From: a virus
DNA length: 64,000 nt
IMG/VR virus record: IMGVR_UViG_3300044856_000216
Span: 32,001 to 96,000 of that record
Strand: one strand, 5' to 3'
Shown: positions 8,436-17,857 of the stretch, in pieces
Layout of the letters: each line of letters opens with the position of its first letter
Numbering within the stretch: the stretch's first letter is position 1
Translations under genes and position numbers: made by a program
The notes under the pieces: generated by a model
What the model was told of the DNA's origin: nothing
The model's database searches: none
Seen by the model: only the letters and a program-made list of their open reading frames with translations

Positions 8436-9413
8436 TTATCTATTCTTTTTATAATCCTGAACCAAGTTACCACAGCATAATGGTAATTCTGCTTTAGCAG
8501 CTACATCTACAACTACCTTTAGACCACAGCTCTCAACCTTTTCTTTAATCTTATTCATATTCTCCCAATTCCACTGAATTGCATCTTCAAGACCATGCTC
8601 CTTAGTAGCTGTCGTTGTGTTAAGAGGTGTAATTTTAACACAAAACACATTCGGATCAAGACCATATAGCTTGTTTGGATCAAGCTCCCATCCTGCTCCA
8701 CAAATAAAGTTCAGAGTGATAAGTCTATTGTTATTCGGCATATTATTAAACTCTTTCTTCATCTCTTCGATAGTTACAACATCAGCACCACCAAACAGAT
8801 ACCTTCTCTCATCCTCATTTGTGCTATTTGTTGAAATTTGAATATGCATAAACCCGTCAAGATACTCTTTTACAGGCATAACCTCGTCTTTCAGAACATC
8901 AACTGGACTCTTGCCAAATACTTTCACTTTAGGCAGAATTGTGTTGTAGCAAGGCAAGAAAGTAAATCCATCTCTATAAGTTTTCATATCTCTCATTACC
9001 TGTAAAATATTTTTCCAGTTATATTGTGGCTCTCCCATACGTGCAAAGCCCACCTTAATCTTGTCGCTATTTGTAACCTGTGGATGCTGATTAAATACAA
9101 ATTCAAGCTGCTCCCACATTTCTTCTGTAGAAAGATTTCCGTGAAATCCTAACTCTGGTACTAAACAGAACTGACAATGCTGTGGACATCCGTACTGTGT
9201 ACTAATCGCTGTAAGCCACTTTTCCTCAAACGGAACGAGATTCTTTTTAATCAAATCTACATCATCTGTCATAATGATTTCCTGAGATTTTCCTTTTGTA
9301 TTTACGTCCTGCATAGAAGTAGTTTCAATATAGAAATTCTTTTCTTTGTTATAAAGAACATAAACACTACCACTTGGATATGCGTACTCTTTTACTAATT
9401 CAAAATGTTTCAT
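8436..9413 (-). CDS. radical SAM enzyme, RlmN/Cfr-family-like RNA methyltransferase candidate
   Basis: 325 aa; ISTQYGCPQHCQFCLVPELGFHGNLSTEEM parallels RlmN SSQVGCxxxCxFCxTxxxGxxRNL; MGEP motif; C-terminal LCCGNL parallels RlmN AACGQL; the upstream mechanistic Cys of RlmN is not evident. Confidence 0.5.
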   Translation of the reverse strand: MKHFELVKEYAYPSGSVYVLYNKEKNFYIETTSMQDVNTKGKSQEIIMTDDVDLIKKNLVPFEEKWLTAISTQYGCPQHCQFCLVPELGFHGNLSTEEMWEQLEFVFNQHPQVTNSDKIKVGFARMGEPQYNWKNILQVMRDMKTYRDGFTFLPCYNTILPKVKVFGKSPVDVLKDEVMPVKEYLDGFMHIQISTNSTNEDERRYLFGGADVVTIEEMKKEFNNMPNNNRLITLNFICGAGWELDPNKLYGLDPNVFCVKITPLNTTTATKEHGLEDAIQWNWENMNKIKEKVESCGLKVVVDVAAKAELPLCCGNLVQDYKKNR

Positions 9414-9828
9414 TTTTAATTCTCTCCTTTGTCTTATATAAAATTTTATAAGCTGCACTTAAACCCGCTCTATCGTCTAACATAATGTTGTAATAGATTT
9501 TATTGCCAGTGAAAGGAATATAAGGTGGTGAGGCATTTATGTAATCAATATGAATTCCAACCTCTATACATTTATTCTCCATAAATTCAAATTTTGATTC
9601 GTCACAACATGTACTGAGAATCAATGTACATCCCATATCTTTACATTCTCTTTATAGAGTAATAACTTTGTCATACCTATATCCTTTGTCATAATAATCA
9701 AAAATTGTATTATCAAAATCAAATGCAATTATTATTCCATTGTGTAGTTTCCAATTTTCAACCAAGCGATCTATACACATATCATCATTAAGATATGGAT
9801 CAACCACAATATTGTTCAATTTCTTCAT
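9400..9828 (-). pseudogene. HAD-superfamily phosphatase/nucleotidase-like gene interrupted by an in-frame TAA
   Basis: ATG 9828 gives MKKLNN...IIIAFDFDNTIFDYY (HAD motif I DxDxT) ...DKVITL, then TAA at 9652-9654; the same frame continues RECKDMGCTLILST...MLDDRAGL to the stop at 9400. Confidence 0.55.
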
Positions 9829-10531
9829 ATTTCTTCATCCACACCTTTCTATCATTCTCTGTATAACCAAAGAAATATGGATAAAGCTTGTTATTGGTTG
9901 TGAAATAGTAATGATGATATTCACCATCTGGTAAGAACATAACACCTGGAATATTGATTGTATCTTTGATTTTTAAGAAGTTCTGATATGCATTTTTATT
10001 ACCAAACATCTGTCTAAACGTAATCTGCTTAACACCAATATTGTGCATCTTGTTTATGTAATCAAGACAATCTTCTGTAGTCATTCTTTCATTTAGTACA
10101 TTGATAACTCTCAACTTAGTAGTTTTCTCAATCTCAGGTAATATAACTTGCAATTGCTCCATTGCTTTTGTATCATAAGACTCAATGCTTAAAGCAATTT
10201 TTCTAAACTTTTTAATCAAATCCATATCTGTAGGAAGAATACGAGTATGTATATCTAACTTCTTTCCATATTTTGCAGCCAATTCATACACATGATTGTA
10301 AAAATCAATATTATTCTGCCAATCATAAAATGGATCTCCACCACCTGATAGATTAACAGTAGGTGCATTTGATTCAGAAATACACTTCTCTAAATACTCC
10401 CAATCTATTTTATTTTTATCAGTTACTGCATTTTGTAAAATCGGATGATGTTTTGTAATACAATATTTACAATGACAATCACACCCAAAATTTGTTATCA
10501 CAGTAAAACCTCTGTTCTGCTCTGTATACAT
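9800..10531 (-). CDS. radical SAM enzyme
   Basis: 243 aa; CX3CX2C cluster motif NFGCDCHCKYC near the N-terminus; GGGDP motif. Confidence 0.7.
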   Translation of the reverse strand: MYTEQNRGFTVITNFGCDCHCKYCITKHHPILQNAVTDKNKIDWEYLEKCISESNAPTVNLSGGGDPFYDWQNNIDFYNHVYELAAKYGKKLDIHTRILPTDMDLIKKFRKIALSIESYDTKAMEQLQVILPEIEKTTKLRVINVLNERMTTEDCLDYINKMHNIGVKQITFRQMFGNKNAYQNFLKIKDTINIPGVMFLPDGEYHHYYFTTNNKLYPYFFGYTENDRKVWMKKYEEIEQYCG

Positions 10532-10549
10532 ACTCTATGTCCTTTCTTA

Positions 10550-11281
10550 TTATTCCTCTGAATATTTACTCCAATCAATCTCTACATACTGCTTATAACA
10601 AGGATAGTATGTAGTCGCTCCCATCTGTTCTTTACACCAATCATCTAACAAATTTTGCAGACTACCAATATCACATTGTTCATAAGCATCTTCATGTAAC
10701 TCTTCACAAGCATTATCGGCTACATTATCGGCATCAATATGAATCTTCTCTACACTACATACCCATAATCTCACAGGTTTTATATATACTTCCTTATCTA
10801 TATAGTTCACTGCATAATCATCAAAGAAATCGTCAACTGTATCGTAATACTCGTCAAATTCCTCACAGTAAAGCATTGTGTTTACATCTTTTTCATCAAC
10901 AGCTACTGCATTTGCTACTTTCTCATTCCACTTCTTTATTCTCTCCTCTTCATCAATTTTCTTTTGTCCTTCACAGTCGCAATGTAAATAAGCCTGATTT
11001 TTATAAGGTTGTCCACAATAAGGACACAATCGCTGCACTCCATTAAAACAACTCTGGCAAAATGAAAGTGATTGATGCTTGTATGGAAAATGATATTTTC
11101 TGCCAACTTCGGATGTGTCACCTTTAATTCCATAAACATTGTCTTCTATTCTCATTCCAAGACCATTGCAGACAGGACAAATTCTTTCATGCTCTGTAAG
11201 ATCTTTGATTAGAATTTTAGGAAACGATTTTTGAATTGCTTCATAAAGATTTATTTCTTCTCTACATGTTAAATTATTCAT
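10550..11281 (-). CDS. zinc-finger protein
   Basis: 243 aa; CPVCNGLG (DnaJ-type CxxCxGxG) plus CQSC..CPYC..CDC clusters; acidic C-terminus. Confidence 0.55.
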   Translation of the reverse strand: MNNLTCREEINLYEAIQKSFPKILIKDLTEHERICPVCNGLGMRIEDNVYGIKGDTSEVGRKYHFPYKHQSLSFCQSCFNGVQRLCPYCGQPYKNQAYLHCDCEGQKKIDEEERIKKWNEKVANAVAVDEKDVNTMLYCEEFDEYYDTVDDFFDDYAVNYIDKEVYIKPVRLWVCSVEKIHIDADNVADNACEELHEDAYEQCDIGSLQNLLDDWCKEQMGATTYYPCYKQYVEIDWSKYSEE

Positions 11282-11293
11282 ATAGTTATTCTC

Positions 11294-11488
11294 CTATGCA
11301 TAATCTTCTGGATGTTCTTTATAGTCATCTACTACACTTTTCATATACCTATAATAATCTCTTACAGAATCACTACTTTCAGAAAACCCACTTGTAACTT
11401 CGTATCCATTATCGAACACTGCAAATGTTAAGAAACCTTCATCACATCGTCTTACTTCTATGTCACAACCTCTATATTTACCCTTCAT
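11294..11488 (-). CDS. hypothetical protein
   Basis: 64 aa; start moved to ATG after GGAGAATAACACT (track start 11596 overlaps the upstream gene). Confidence 0.45.
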   Translation of the reverse strand: MKGKYRGCDIEVRRCDEGFLTFAVFDNGYEVTSGFSESSDSVRDYYRYMKSVVDDYKEHPEDYA

Positions 11489-11492
11489 AGTG

Positions 11493-11681
11493 TTATTCTC
11501 CACTGTCCAATATTTCAACATCAATACAAAATAAATCGTGTAAATTTTTAATCTGCTCATCAGTTGGTTTCTTCCATGCCATTGTTTCATCCACATTAAT
11601 CGCTATAGCACCACCACATAGCTTAATTTTCGCAATGACTTTGGGATTAATACTATAATTTATTTTTACTAATTGTGTCAT
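11493..11681 (-). CDS. hypothetical protein
   Basis: 62-aa ORF in gene train. Confidence 0.45.
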   Translation of the reverse strand: MTQLVKINYSINPKVIAKIKLCGGAIAINVDETMAWKKPTDEQIKNLHDLFCIDVEILDSGE

Positions 11682-11693
11682 GTATTTATTCTC

Positions 11694-11849
11694 CTAATCA
11701 TCTTTATCTATAATGAACCAATATAAGAAACTTAAAAGTGTAAAAGTGATTCCAAGCATCTTATTTTCTACTTGATAAGAATACATCGTTACACCACTAC
11801 AGAACCACACCAAAAGAAATGCAATTGCTTGTCTATAATACTTTTTCAT
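11694..11849 (-). CDS. small membrane protein
   Basis: 51 aa, below track cutoff; GGAGGTGTGAA ATG; two hydrophobic segments (MKKYYRQAIAFLLVWFCSGV...). Confidence 0.4.
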   Translation of the reverse strand: MKKYYRQAIAFLLVWFCSGVTMYSYQVENKMLGITFTLLSFLYWFIIDKDD

Positions 11850-11956
11850 TTCACACCTCCTATATGGAACTCAATCATGTCGTCATCCCAATCCGAAGGA
11901 AAGTCCATTGGAAGATTTATTATCCACTGTATAGTTTTGGTTTGTCTGCCTGACAT
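11846..11956 (-). CDS. small hypothetical protein
   Basis: 36 aa; GGAGAACAAC ATG; ATGA overlap with the next gene. Confidence 0.3.
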   Translation of the reverse strand: MSGRQTKTIQWIINLPMDFPSDWDDDMIEFHIGGVK

Positions 11957-11965
11957 GTTGTTCTC

Positions 11966-12289
11966 CTACTCTTTCGCAATTCCAACACCACTTACATGAA
12001 AACTTGTAACTTTACCATCAACCATTTCAACACTTTCTTCTGTACCACCATGCCAAACAAGACCAACGCCTGTGATATACATACCATTTTTATCCTCAAT
12101 CAATTCAACTTCTTGTGCTACTCCAATAGAAAGAAACCGACCATCATTACATGGCATTTCAATTGGAATATTCTTTACATTTTTATAAGCATTTCTAATT
12201 GCTTCTTTGGAATATATGACACCGTTCAAATCAGGTTTATCAACTGGAATTGGAATTTTAAATGTTACTTCTATATTCTCTGTTCTCAT
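11966..12289 (-). CDS. hypothetical protein
   Basis: 107 aa; start moved to ATG (MRTENIEV...) just after the upstream stop. Confidence 0.55.
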   Translation of the reverse strand: MRTENIEVTFKIPIPVDKPDLNGVIYSKEAIRNAYKNVKNIPIEMPCNDGRFLSIGVAQEVELIEDKNGMYITGVGLVWHGGTEESVEMVDGKVTSFHVSGVGIAKE

Positions 12290-12293
12290 GTAT

Positions 12294-12662
12294 TTATCCC
12301 CTATTTCTTTTATGCTCTTTATATAAAGCATTTAATTCCTGTTCTAATTTCTTTTTCTCCATAGGATTCTTACAATACTTTATTCTCTTCTTAAGAGTAG
12401 ATATATCTTGTTTTGGTGATTCAGGAACAGGTGCTAGATCATCTAAAAGGTCAAATTCTTTAGCTGGCTTAAGTAAATCTTTAAACCAGTCTCCTTGTGA
12501 CTCTACCTTTAAATCCTTATATTCTTGTTCAAGCTCATTTTGTATTCGAGCTTCTATCGTTGCACTTATCATTTTTCCTATTTTGTCCATCTGCTGACCA
12601 ACTATTAAGGCTTTTGTAGCATCACTTATTAATTTATCATGTAACTCTGAAATATTAATCAC
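12294..12662 (-). CDS. hypothetical protein (coiled-coil-like)
   Basis: 122 aa, GTG start; K/E-rich. Confidence 0.5.
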   Translation of the reverse strand: MINISELHDKLISDATKALIVGQQMDKIGKMISATIEARIQNELEQEYKDLKVESQGDWFKDLLKPAKEFDLLDDLAPVPESPKQDISTLKKRIKYCKNPMEKKKLEQELNALYKEHKRNRG

Positions 12663-12705
12663 CTCGTTTTACTCTATGTTGTAGCCTTTAAATAGTGTTG
12701 TTCTC

Positions 12706-12906
12706 CTATGCACCTGTATTTGCTGTTAAAACACACTGTTCTTCGTTCATATCAATTTCTGTAATAGTAATCTCTTGACACTTCTTGAAGTCATCTGAAC
12801 TTACTCTTGCTTTTCTTTCAGCATGTCTTTCATCTTGTGCGATAATTACCATTGCGTAATCTTGACACCAATCTCTTGCAGGTCGTTCTACTAAATATGC
12901 TTTCAT
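12706..12906 (-). CDS. hypothetical protein
   Basis: 66-aa ORF in gene train. Confidence 0.45.
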   Translation of the reverse strand: MKAYLVERPARDWCQDYAMVIIAQDERHAERKARVSSDDFKKCQEITITEIDMNEEQCVLTANTGA

Positions 12907-12910
12907 ATCG

Positions 12911-13108
12911 TTATTCCTCTAAATTTTCACCACATAACGGACAAAATTTTATTTTTAACATTGCCGATGCATATTCACCACCTGAACTATCAGCAAATAA
13001 TGTGTTATTATAATAATGTCTATCAATAGAAAAATTTCCTATTTGACAAATATCTCTATTACTTTCCCAGCTAATCTTTTGTCCCTCTTCACAAAATTTA
13101 CACATCAC
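12911..13108 (-). CDS. zinc-ribbon protein
   Basis: 65 aa; CKFC ... CPLC pair. Confidence 0.45.
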   Translation of the reverse strand: MMCKFCEEGQKISWESNRDICQIGNFSIDRHYYNNTLFADSSGGEYASAMLKIKFCPLCGENLEE

Positions 13109-13148
13109 TTATACCTCCAATCTGTCTAAAGGAAAGAAAAATTTCTTG

Positions 13149-13901
13149 CTAATCTAACCACCTGTTATCCAAATAGTAGAACCCAAATACCATTCCACCA
13201 ATTAAAATAACCCAAAAGATCCAGAAAATAATAATTGGAAAATCAGATTCTAGCCTTTCTATCGTCTCATCAATAGTCGAATTATTATAAAATGATGTGT
13301 TATCAGAAATAGTTTTATCTCTCAAATCTGTAAAAATTGTTCCTTTATATTCAGTACCAACACCATAATATTTATATCTTACATGACTTGACTCCTTAAT
13401 TGTGTCAATATAATCAGTATCAGGTAAATCAATCTTATTACTTGCGAAATTCACTCCACAAAATGATATTTCTTTGCACTTAATATTTTCACTTCCGACT
13501 TTATCCCAAGTCCAATATGTTTCTGTTGTAGTATACGAATGTCCTTTACCATCGGTATGAGTAACAGTTCTTGTATGCATTGTATATCTCTCTTTGACTT
13601 TCTCTACATACATATATTCTCCACCAATTTCAGGATATGTAACTGTATCTACCGCTTTTAAATCACCATATACAAACGCATTACCAACATTTGTGTCCAT
13701 TCCGTATTGGAACATTTCTTGACTTTCTATCTTAACAGCCTTGTTATAAATTTCATTTTTATCCATTTGGTGTTCTGAAATCTTGGAAGAAATCAGAATA
13801 CCAAACAGAATCATAACTGCAATGATAGAAATACTGACCAAGATTTCACGTTTTGTTATTTCAAAATCGCCAAAATCAAAACCTTTTCTATCATATCCCA
13901 T
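13149..13901 (-). CDS. membrane protein (LemA-adjacent)
   Basis: 250 aa; hydrophobic segments near both the N-terminus and the C-terminus. Confidence 0.6.
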   Translation of the reverse strand: MGYDRKGFDFGDFEITKREILVSISIIAVMILFGILISSKISEHQMDKNEIYNKAVKIESQEMFQYGMDTNVGNAFVYGDLKAVDTVTYPEIGGEYMYVEKVKERYTMHTRTVTHTDGKGHSYTTTETYWTWDKVGSENIKCKEISFCGVNFASNKIDLPDTDYIDTIKESSHVRYKYYGVGTEYKGTIFTDLRDKTISDNTSFYNNSTIDETIERLESDFPIIIFWIFWVILIGGMVFGFYYLDNRWLD

Positions 13902-13904
13902 AAA

Positions 13905-14456
13905 CTAATCCTCTTTAAACAAATCCTGTGGAGCATCAACTGGCGCATTGTAATCCAAATACTCATATTCCTGTACTTCATATCCAAGCAATCCAAGAAA
14001 CTGTCTTGTAGGGAACTTTCTCACATATCGCTTGTATTCCTTAATCTGTTTATTGTAATTGCTGCGATACTCTGCAATCATATTCTCTGTCATAGATAAC
14101 TCATTCATAAGAGTCTTATAGTTCTCATTTGACTTCAGTTCAGGATATGCTTCTGCAACTGCTGTAATAGCTGTTGTTACATTCTCAATATCTCCTGTTG
14201 ATCCACGACCATCCGCAACTGCTGTCAATGTATCAGCTTCATGTTTGTCATACTGTTTTACGCAATCAGCAAGGTTATACACAAGGTCAACTCTTCGCTT
14301 TTCCTGTACTTTAATATCTGATGATGCTGTATTTACCTGCTCCTCAAGTGCAATAGCTTTATTCTGCGAACTCTGTACACCAAATACAATCATCAAAATA
14401 ACCGCTAATACTCCTACGCCAATAATTACTGGCACTTTCCAATTTGTGTTTTTCAT
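13905..14456 (-). CDS. lemA: LemA family protein
   Basis: 183 aa; N-terminal TM, then the LemA-type pattern QNKAIALEEQV...QEKRRVDLVYNL...AYPELKSNENY...YNKQIKEYKRYVRKFP. Confidence 0.75.
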   Translation of the reverse strand: MKNTNWKVPVIIGVGVLAVILMIVFGVQSSQNKAIALEEQVNTASSDIKVQEKRRVDLVYNLADCVKQYDKHEADTLTAVADGRGSTGDIENVTTAITAVAEAYPELKSNENYKTLMNELSMTENMIAEYRSNYNKQIKEYKRYVRKFPTRQFLGLLGYEVQEYEYLDYNAPVDAPQDLFKED

Positions 14457-14576
14457 TTAAAATCTCCTTTATATGTAATATTTTTATTAGTTACACTGTA
14501 ATATTCTCTTATTTGTTGGGATTCCCATAGCCGAATGGCTTAGATATGATTAAAAATTTTCCAATGAAAGATTGGT

Positions 14577-15083
14577 TTACTTCGATTCCTCTTTCTCATC
14601 CATAATTGCACCACAATTAGGACAATATTTTGATTTCAACTTCTGGTTCGCATAATACAGTTTATATATTTTTTTATTACAAACTGAACAATATACACCT
14701 TCGTTTGCACATTCGTCTAATGCAAACCAATGACCATGCTCCCTATCAGTCCCTTTTATATTGTCTTTTACATCGTCCATTGGAACTGTCATAGTTCCTG
14801 CTATAACATTGGCATTAAGAAACTTTGATAAAACATCACCAAGTATTAACTCTACGTTGTCTACAAGTATTTCGTTACTCTGCTTATACATTCTATGACA
14901 TTCTAACCATTCATTTATTGTATAAACTTCTACATTAGTCGATATACCCATTTTCTCTGCCATACTCATAAGACTGTTTTTATTATTCATTGTAGATGTA
15001 ACAATCGGTTTTCCTGTTACATATGCTGTTGAAATAAGCATTGCCGTTTTACCAGTCGCACGTCCACGATTTATAATTCTCAT
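14577..15083 (-). CDS. P-loop ATPase with C-terminal zinc ribbon
   Basis: 168 aa; Walker A RGRATGKT; CSVC...CPNC at the C-terminus. Confidence 0.6.
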   Translation of the reverse strand: MRIINRGRATGKTAMLISTAYVTGKPIVTSTMNNKNSLMSMAEKMGISTNVEVYTINEWLECHRMYKQSNEILVDNVELILGDVLSKFLNANVIAGTMTVPMDDVKDNIKGTDREHGHWFALDECANEGVYCSVCNKKIYKLYYANQKLKSKYCPNCGAIMDEKEESK

Positions 15084-15143
15084 GTTTTCGCCTCCAATGT
15101 ATTATTCTCTCAAAATCCAAGGATATGTTGCTTTCCTGTGAAG

Positions 15144-16034
15144 TTACTCAGATAAAATCATCTGGAACATGTTATCTACTGAGTCCAATAAGCCATATCT
15201 CTTATCAAATGCTGCCGTTGAACTTCTTGCAAATTTACGCTCTACCATGTCTATAAAATAAGTAAAATTACCGTCATCGCCCATATAGAACTCATTCCAT
15301 TCATCATCAGACATCAATCTTCTAACATTCAACTGGTCGATGGCAAGATTATCAAAGCTAACTACCTTAAATTTCTCAATAATATCTGCAAGATTTTCAT
15401 ATAGCCAATTCTGCTTTACAACAATGTTTTCATGATCTTCTGAATAAAAATCATCGCCACGTCTTAAATGTTTATAACCAAGAATCAGCATCTTCAGATT
15501 ATTATTCTCTAAAGCTTGTACGTCCGATGGCTTTAATACCCCGTTGATTACATGAATGACCGCATTTGGATATTTTTTAATAAGTTCAATAAATTTTTCT
15601 GTGGGATTTACAAGTGATACACCAAGACCATAGATAAGTTTTTCATCAACAAGCTTTTTAATAAGTTCTTGTTTTTTCTCAAAATGAATCTGATTTACCG
15701 TCATGTTTACAATAACTTTTCTATCTTTGAGTTTCTGTAAGAATGGAATTAAGTCAGGATGACTTGTAGCATCTCCACCACCAAGAGCAACTTCTTGATA
15801 TGGATGAAGTGTGTTAATGAATTTTTCATTCAAAATATCTCCAAATTTTCCATCTGTTGTACTACCTTCATGGCAGAATGGACATCCCATATCGCAAAAA
15901 TTACAAATTTTTATATCCATATTCTCTGCAAAAGCTGGTACAAACTCCTCATCTTCTGTCTCTCTAATCTTTGTTCCATCGCTCAAAATTGTGGTTTTAA
16001 AGTTACCATTTATGTATCTTCCTAATAATTCCAT
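15144..16034 (-). CDS. radical SAM enzyme
   Basis: 296 aa; CNFCDMGCPFC contains CX3CX2C; GGGD motif. Confidence 0.7.
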   Translation of the reverse strand: MELLGRYINGNFKTTILSDGTKIRETEDEEFVPAFAENMDIKICNFCDMGCPFCHEGSTTDGKFGDILNEKFINTLHPYQEVALGGGDATSHPDLIPFLQKLKDRKVIVNMTVNQIHFEKKQELIKKLVDEKLIYGLGVSLVNPTEKFIELIKKYPNAVIHVINGVLKPSDVQALENNNLKMLILGYKHLRRGDDFYSEDHENIVVKQNWLYENLADIIEKFKVVSFDNLAIDQLNVRRLMSDDEWNEFYMGDDGNFTYFIDMVERKFARSSTAAFDKRYGLLDSVDNMFQMILSE

Positions 16035-16058
16035 TTCTTAAAATCCTCCTAAATTAAA

Positions 16059-16472
16059 TCAATCATCGTATCCATATTTACCAAATGCAACAATTTTATC
16101 TCCACTTTTACTTGTATATCTATCTACAAATGTTTCAAGATTACTGTGCAGCCATTCAACATAGGTTTTGGCATCCTCGCCTACAATATTGTTCTCTTTT
16201 ACATATTTGGTATAATACTTTTCTTTTGCAGATTCTGACAAGTCTGACCAATCTTTAGAAAATTCATCTTTATGATTTTCATAGTCTTGTGCTGCGTATT
16301 TCTTATCATCATCTGATAAACTATTTACTTTTACAAATGACTCAGAACCCCATTCATCAAAAAGAAGTTCGCCATTCTTCCACTGTTCAAATTCCTCCTC
16401 GCTACACATTGTAAGTGAATGTGTGCTTGATGAGTTAGTTTCAAATACTCCTCGTCTAATCTGTCTTTTCAT
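16059..16472 (-). CDS. hypothetical protein, FETNSSSTH-motif paralog B
   Basis: 137 aa; N-terminus MKRQIRRGVFETNSSSTHSL nearly identical to the neighbouring gene. Confidence 0.6.
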   Translation of the reverse strand: MKRQIRRGVFETNSSSTHSLTMCSEEEFEQWKNGELLFDEWGSESFVKVNSLSDDDKKYAAQDYENHKDEFSKDWSDLSESAKEKYYTKYVKENNIVGEDAKTYVEWLHSNLETFVDRYTSKSGDKIVAFGKYGYDD

Positions 16473-16476
16473 ATCA

Positions 16477-17058
16477 TTAGTTTCCTTTCATATAAACTTC
16501 ATAATTATCGAATTCTGGTTTTAAACCACCGTAATTTGTATAAGTACCCCAACTTGTTTCTTCTTCGCCTTCGTTGACATACATTCTGTCACTAAACACA
16601 TCTGAATTATCATTACCTGTAATAATGACCGAATTGCCAAATAAGTATCTAAATAGTTTATCTGAATCCGATAATACATCATTGACAAAATCTTTTGTTT
16701 CACATGAATGATCAATGTAACCATCAATATCATAATAATATCTAATTTTACCACCATATTCCCATGATTTTACTTTTAGTTCTGGGAGAGTGTATTCAAT
16801 ATTATTGCTATCTAAAATATCCTTTAACTTCTGTAAATTTTCATCTGCCTCATCTTTATCAAAACTTAAAATCGCAGTAATTAAATATGAAGCCTTATTA
16901 TATAAACTATCATATTCATCATTTTCCCAACCAAATTCGCCAATTTCAAAATCAATATGACTAAATAAATTATGCCTATACTCACTTTTTGTAATACAAA
17001 TCGCATGTGTACTACTTGAATTAGTTTCAAAAGCACCTCTTCTAACCTGTCTCTTCAA
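16477..17058 (-). CDS. hypothetical protein, FETNSSSTH-motif paralog A
   Basis: 193 aa; N-terminus MKRQVRRGAFETNSSSTHAI. Confidence 0.6.
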   Translation of the reverse strand: MKRQVRRGAFETNSSSTHAICITKSEYRHNLFSHIDFEIGEFGWENDEYDSLYNKASYLITAILSFDKDEADENLQKLKDILDSNNIEYTLPELKVKSWEYGGKIRYYYDIDGYIDHSCETKDFVNDVLSDSDKLFRYLFGNSVIITGNDNSDVFSDRMYVNEGEEETSWGTYTNYGGLKPEFDNYEVYMKGN

Positions 17059-17107
17059 TTTTTTCTTACCTCCTTGCTTTAATATTCTCTCTTTTATTGC
17101 GGAATTA

Positions 17108-17272
17108 TTATCTCAAAAATATACATATCCACACTACAATTACGCTAATTAACCAAAACACTCTCGCAAGATCCTGTACTTTTTCAGATGCTTCAATCTG
17201 TAGTCCCCAAAAGAACATCATTGCGATACAAGCCAATATCTCTACAACTTCTACTGGTGTTAAATTACTCAC
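17108..17272 (-). CDS. small membrane protein
   Basis: 54 aa, GTG after GGAGAAATAATA; two hydrophobic helices; the overlapping plus ORF 17097-17345 is its shadow. Confidence 0.35.
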   Translation of the reverse strand: MSNLTPVEVVEILACIAMMFFWGLQIEASEKVQDLARVFWLISVIVVWICIFLR

Positions 17273-17316
17273 TATTATTTCTCCTTTAAATATTCACAAG
17301 AAACCTGAATTTACTG

Positions 17317-17508
17317 TTACTGCATATCATTTAATTCTTTATTAATATCTTTCTCAACTTCTCTTCTATATTTCTTTTTAAATAATCTACGATTCTTCTT
17401 TTTCATCTTTCTCCAACCATTGTGATTATTTGCCCAACAAGCATAATCATGGGAGAACCAAGATTGATGATTTTCAGAAAATTGTCGTCTTTTAATCTCT
17501 GATCTCAT
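17317..17508 (-). CDS. small basic protein
   Basis: 63 aa, K/R-rich. Confidence 0.45.
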   Translation of the reverse strand: MRSEIKRRQFSENHQSWFSHDYACWANNHNGWRKMKKKNRRLFKKKYRREVEKDINKELNDMQ

Positions 17509-17517
17509 AAAGCTCCT

Positions 17518-17856
17518 CTACTTACAATTCCTAAGTTCAACATTGTAGTCATCCTTAACATCAATAGTGACTTCTCTCTGAAATTTTCCTTCCTTATCAT
17601 AGAGGGATAAATAATATCTGTTACCACGCTGCTCTAAGTCAAGATTCTCATTCTCAAATAATAATACTCGTCTCTGCCTCTGCATTGGTTTATTCTCTAC
17701 CTTCAAGTTATTTATTGCTTCTTTTGAACCGACAAAGATTGGTGATTTTAATTCTTCAAGAATACAGCTAATATCATCGTCTAGCCTATCATCATCTTTT
17801 GTATGTTTATCAACTGCTTTGATTACGTCTTTCTCAAATAATAATCTGTTTGCCAC
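17518..17856 (-). CDS. hypothetical protein
   Basis: 112 aa; start placed at GTG after AAAGGAGAATATTAAA, directly after the upstream stop (track start 17913). Confidence 0.45.
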   Translation of the reverse strand: MANRLLFEKDVIKAVDKHTKDDDRLDDDISCILEELKSPIFVGSKEAINNLKVENKPMQRQRRVLLFENENLDLEQRGNRYYLSLYDKEGKFQREVTIDVKDDYNVELRNCK

Positions 17857-17857
17857 T

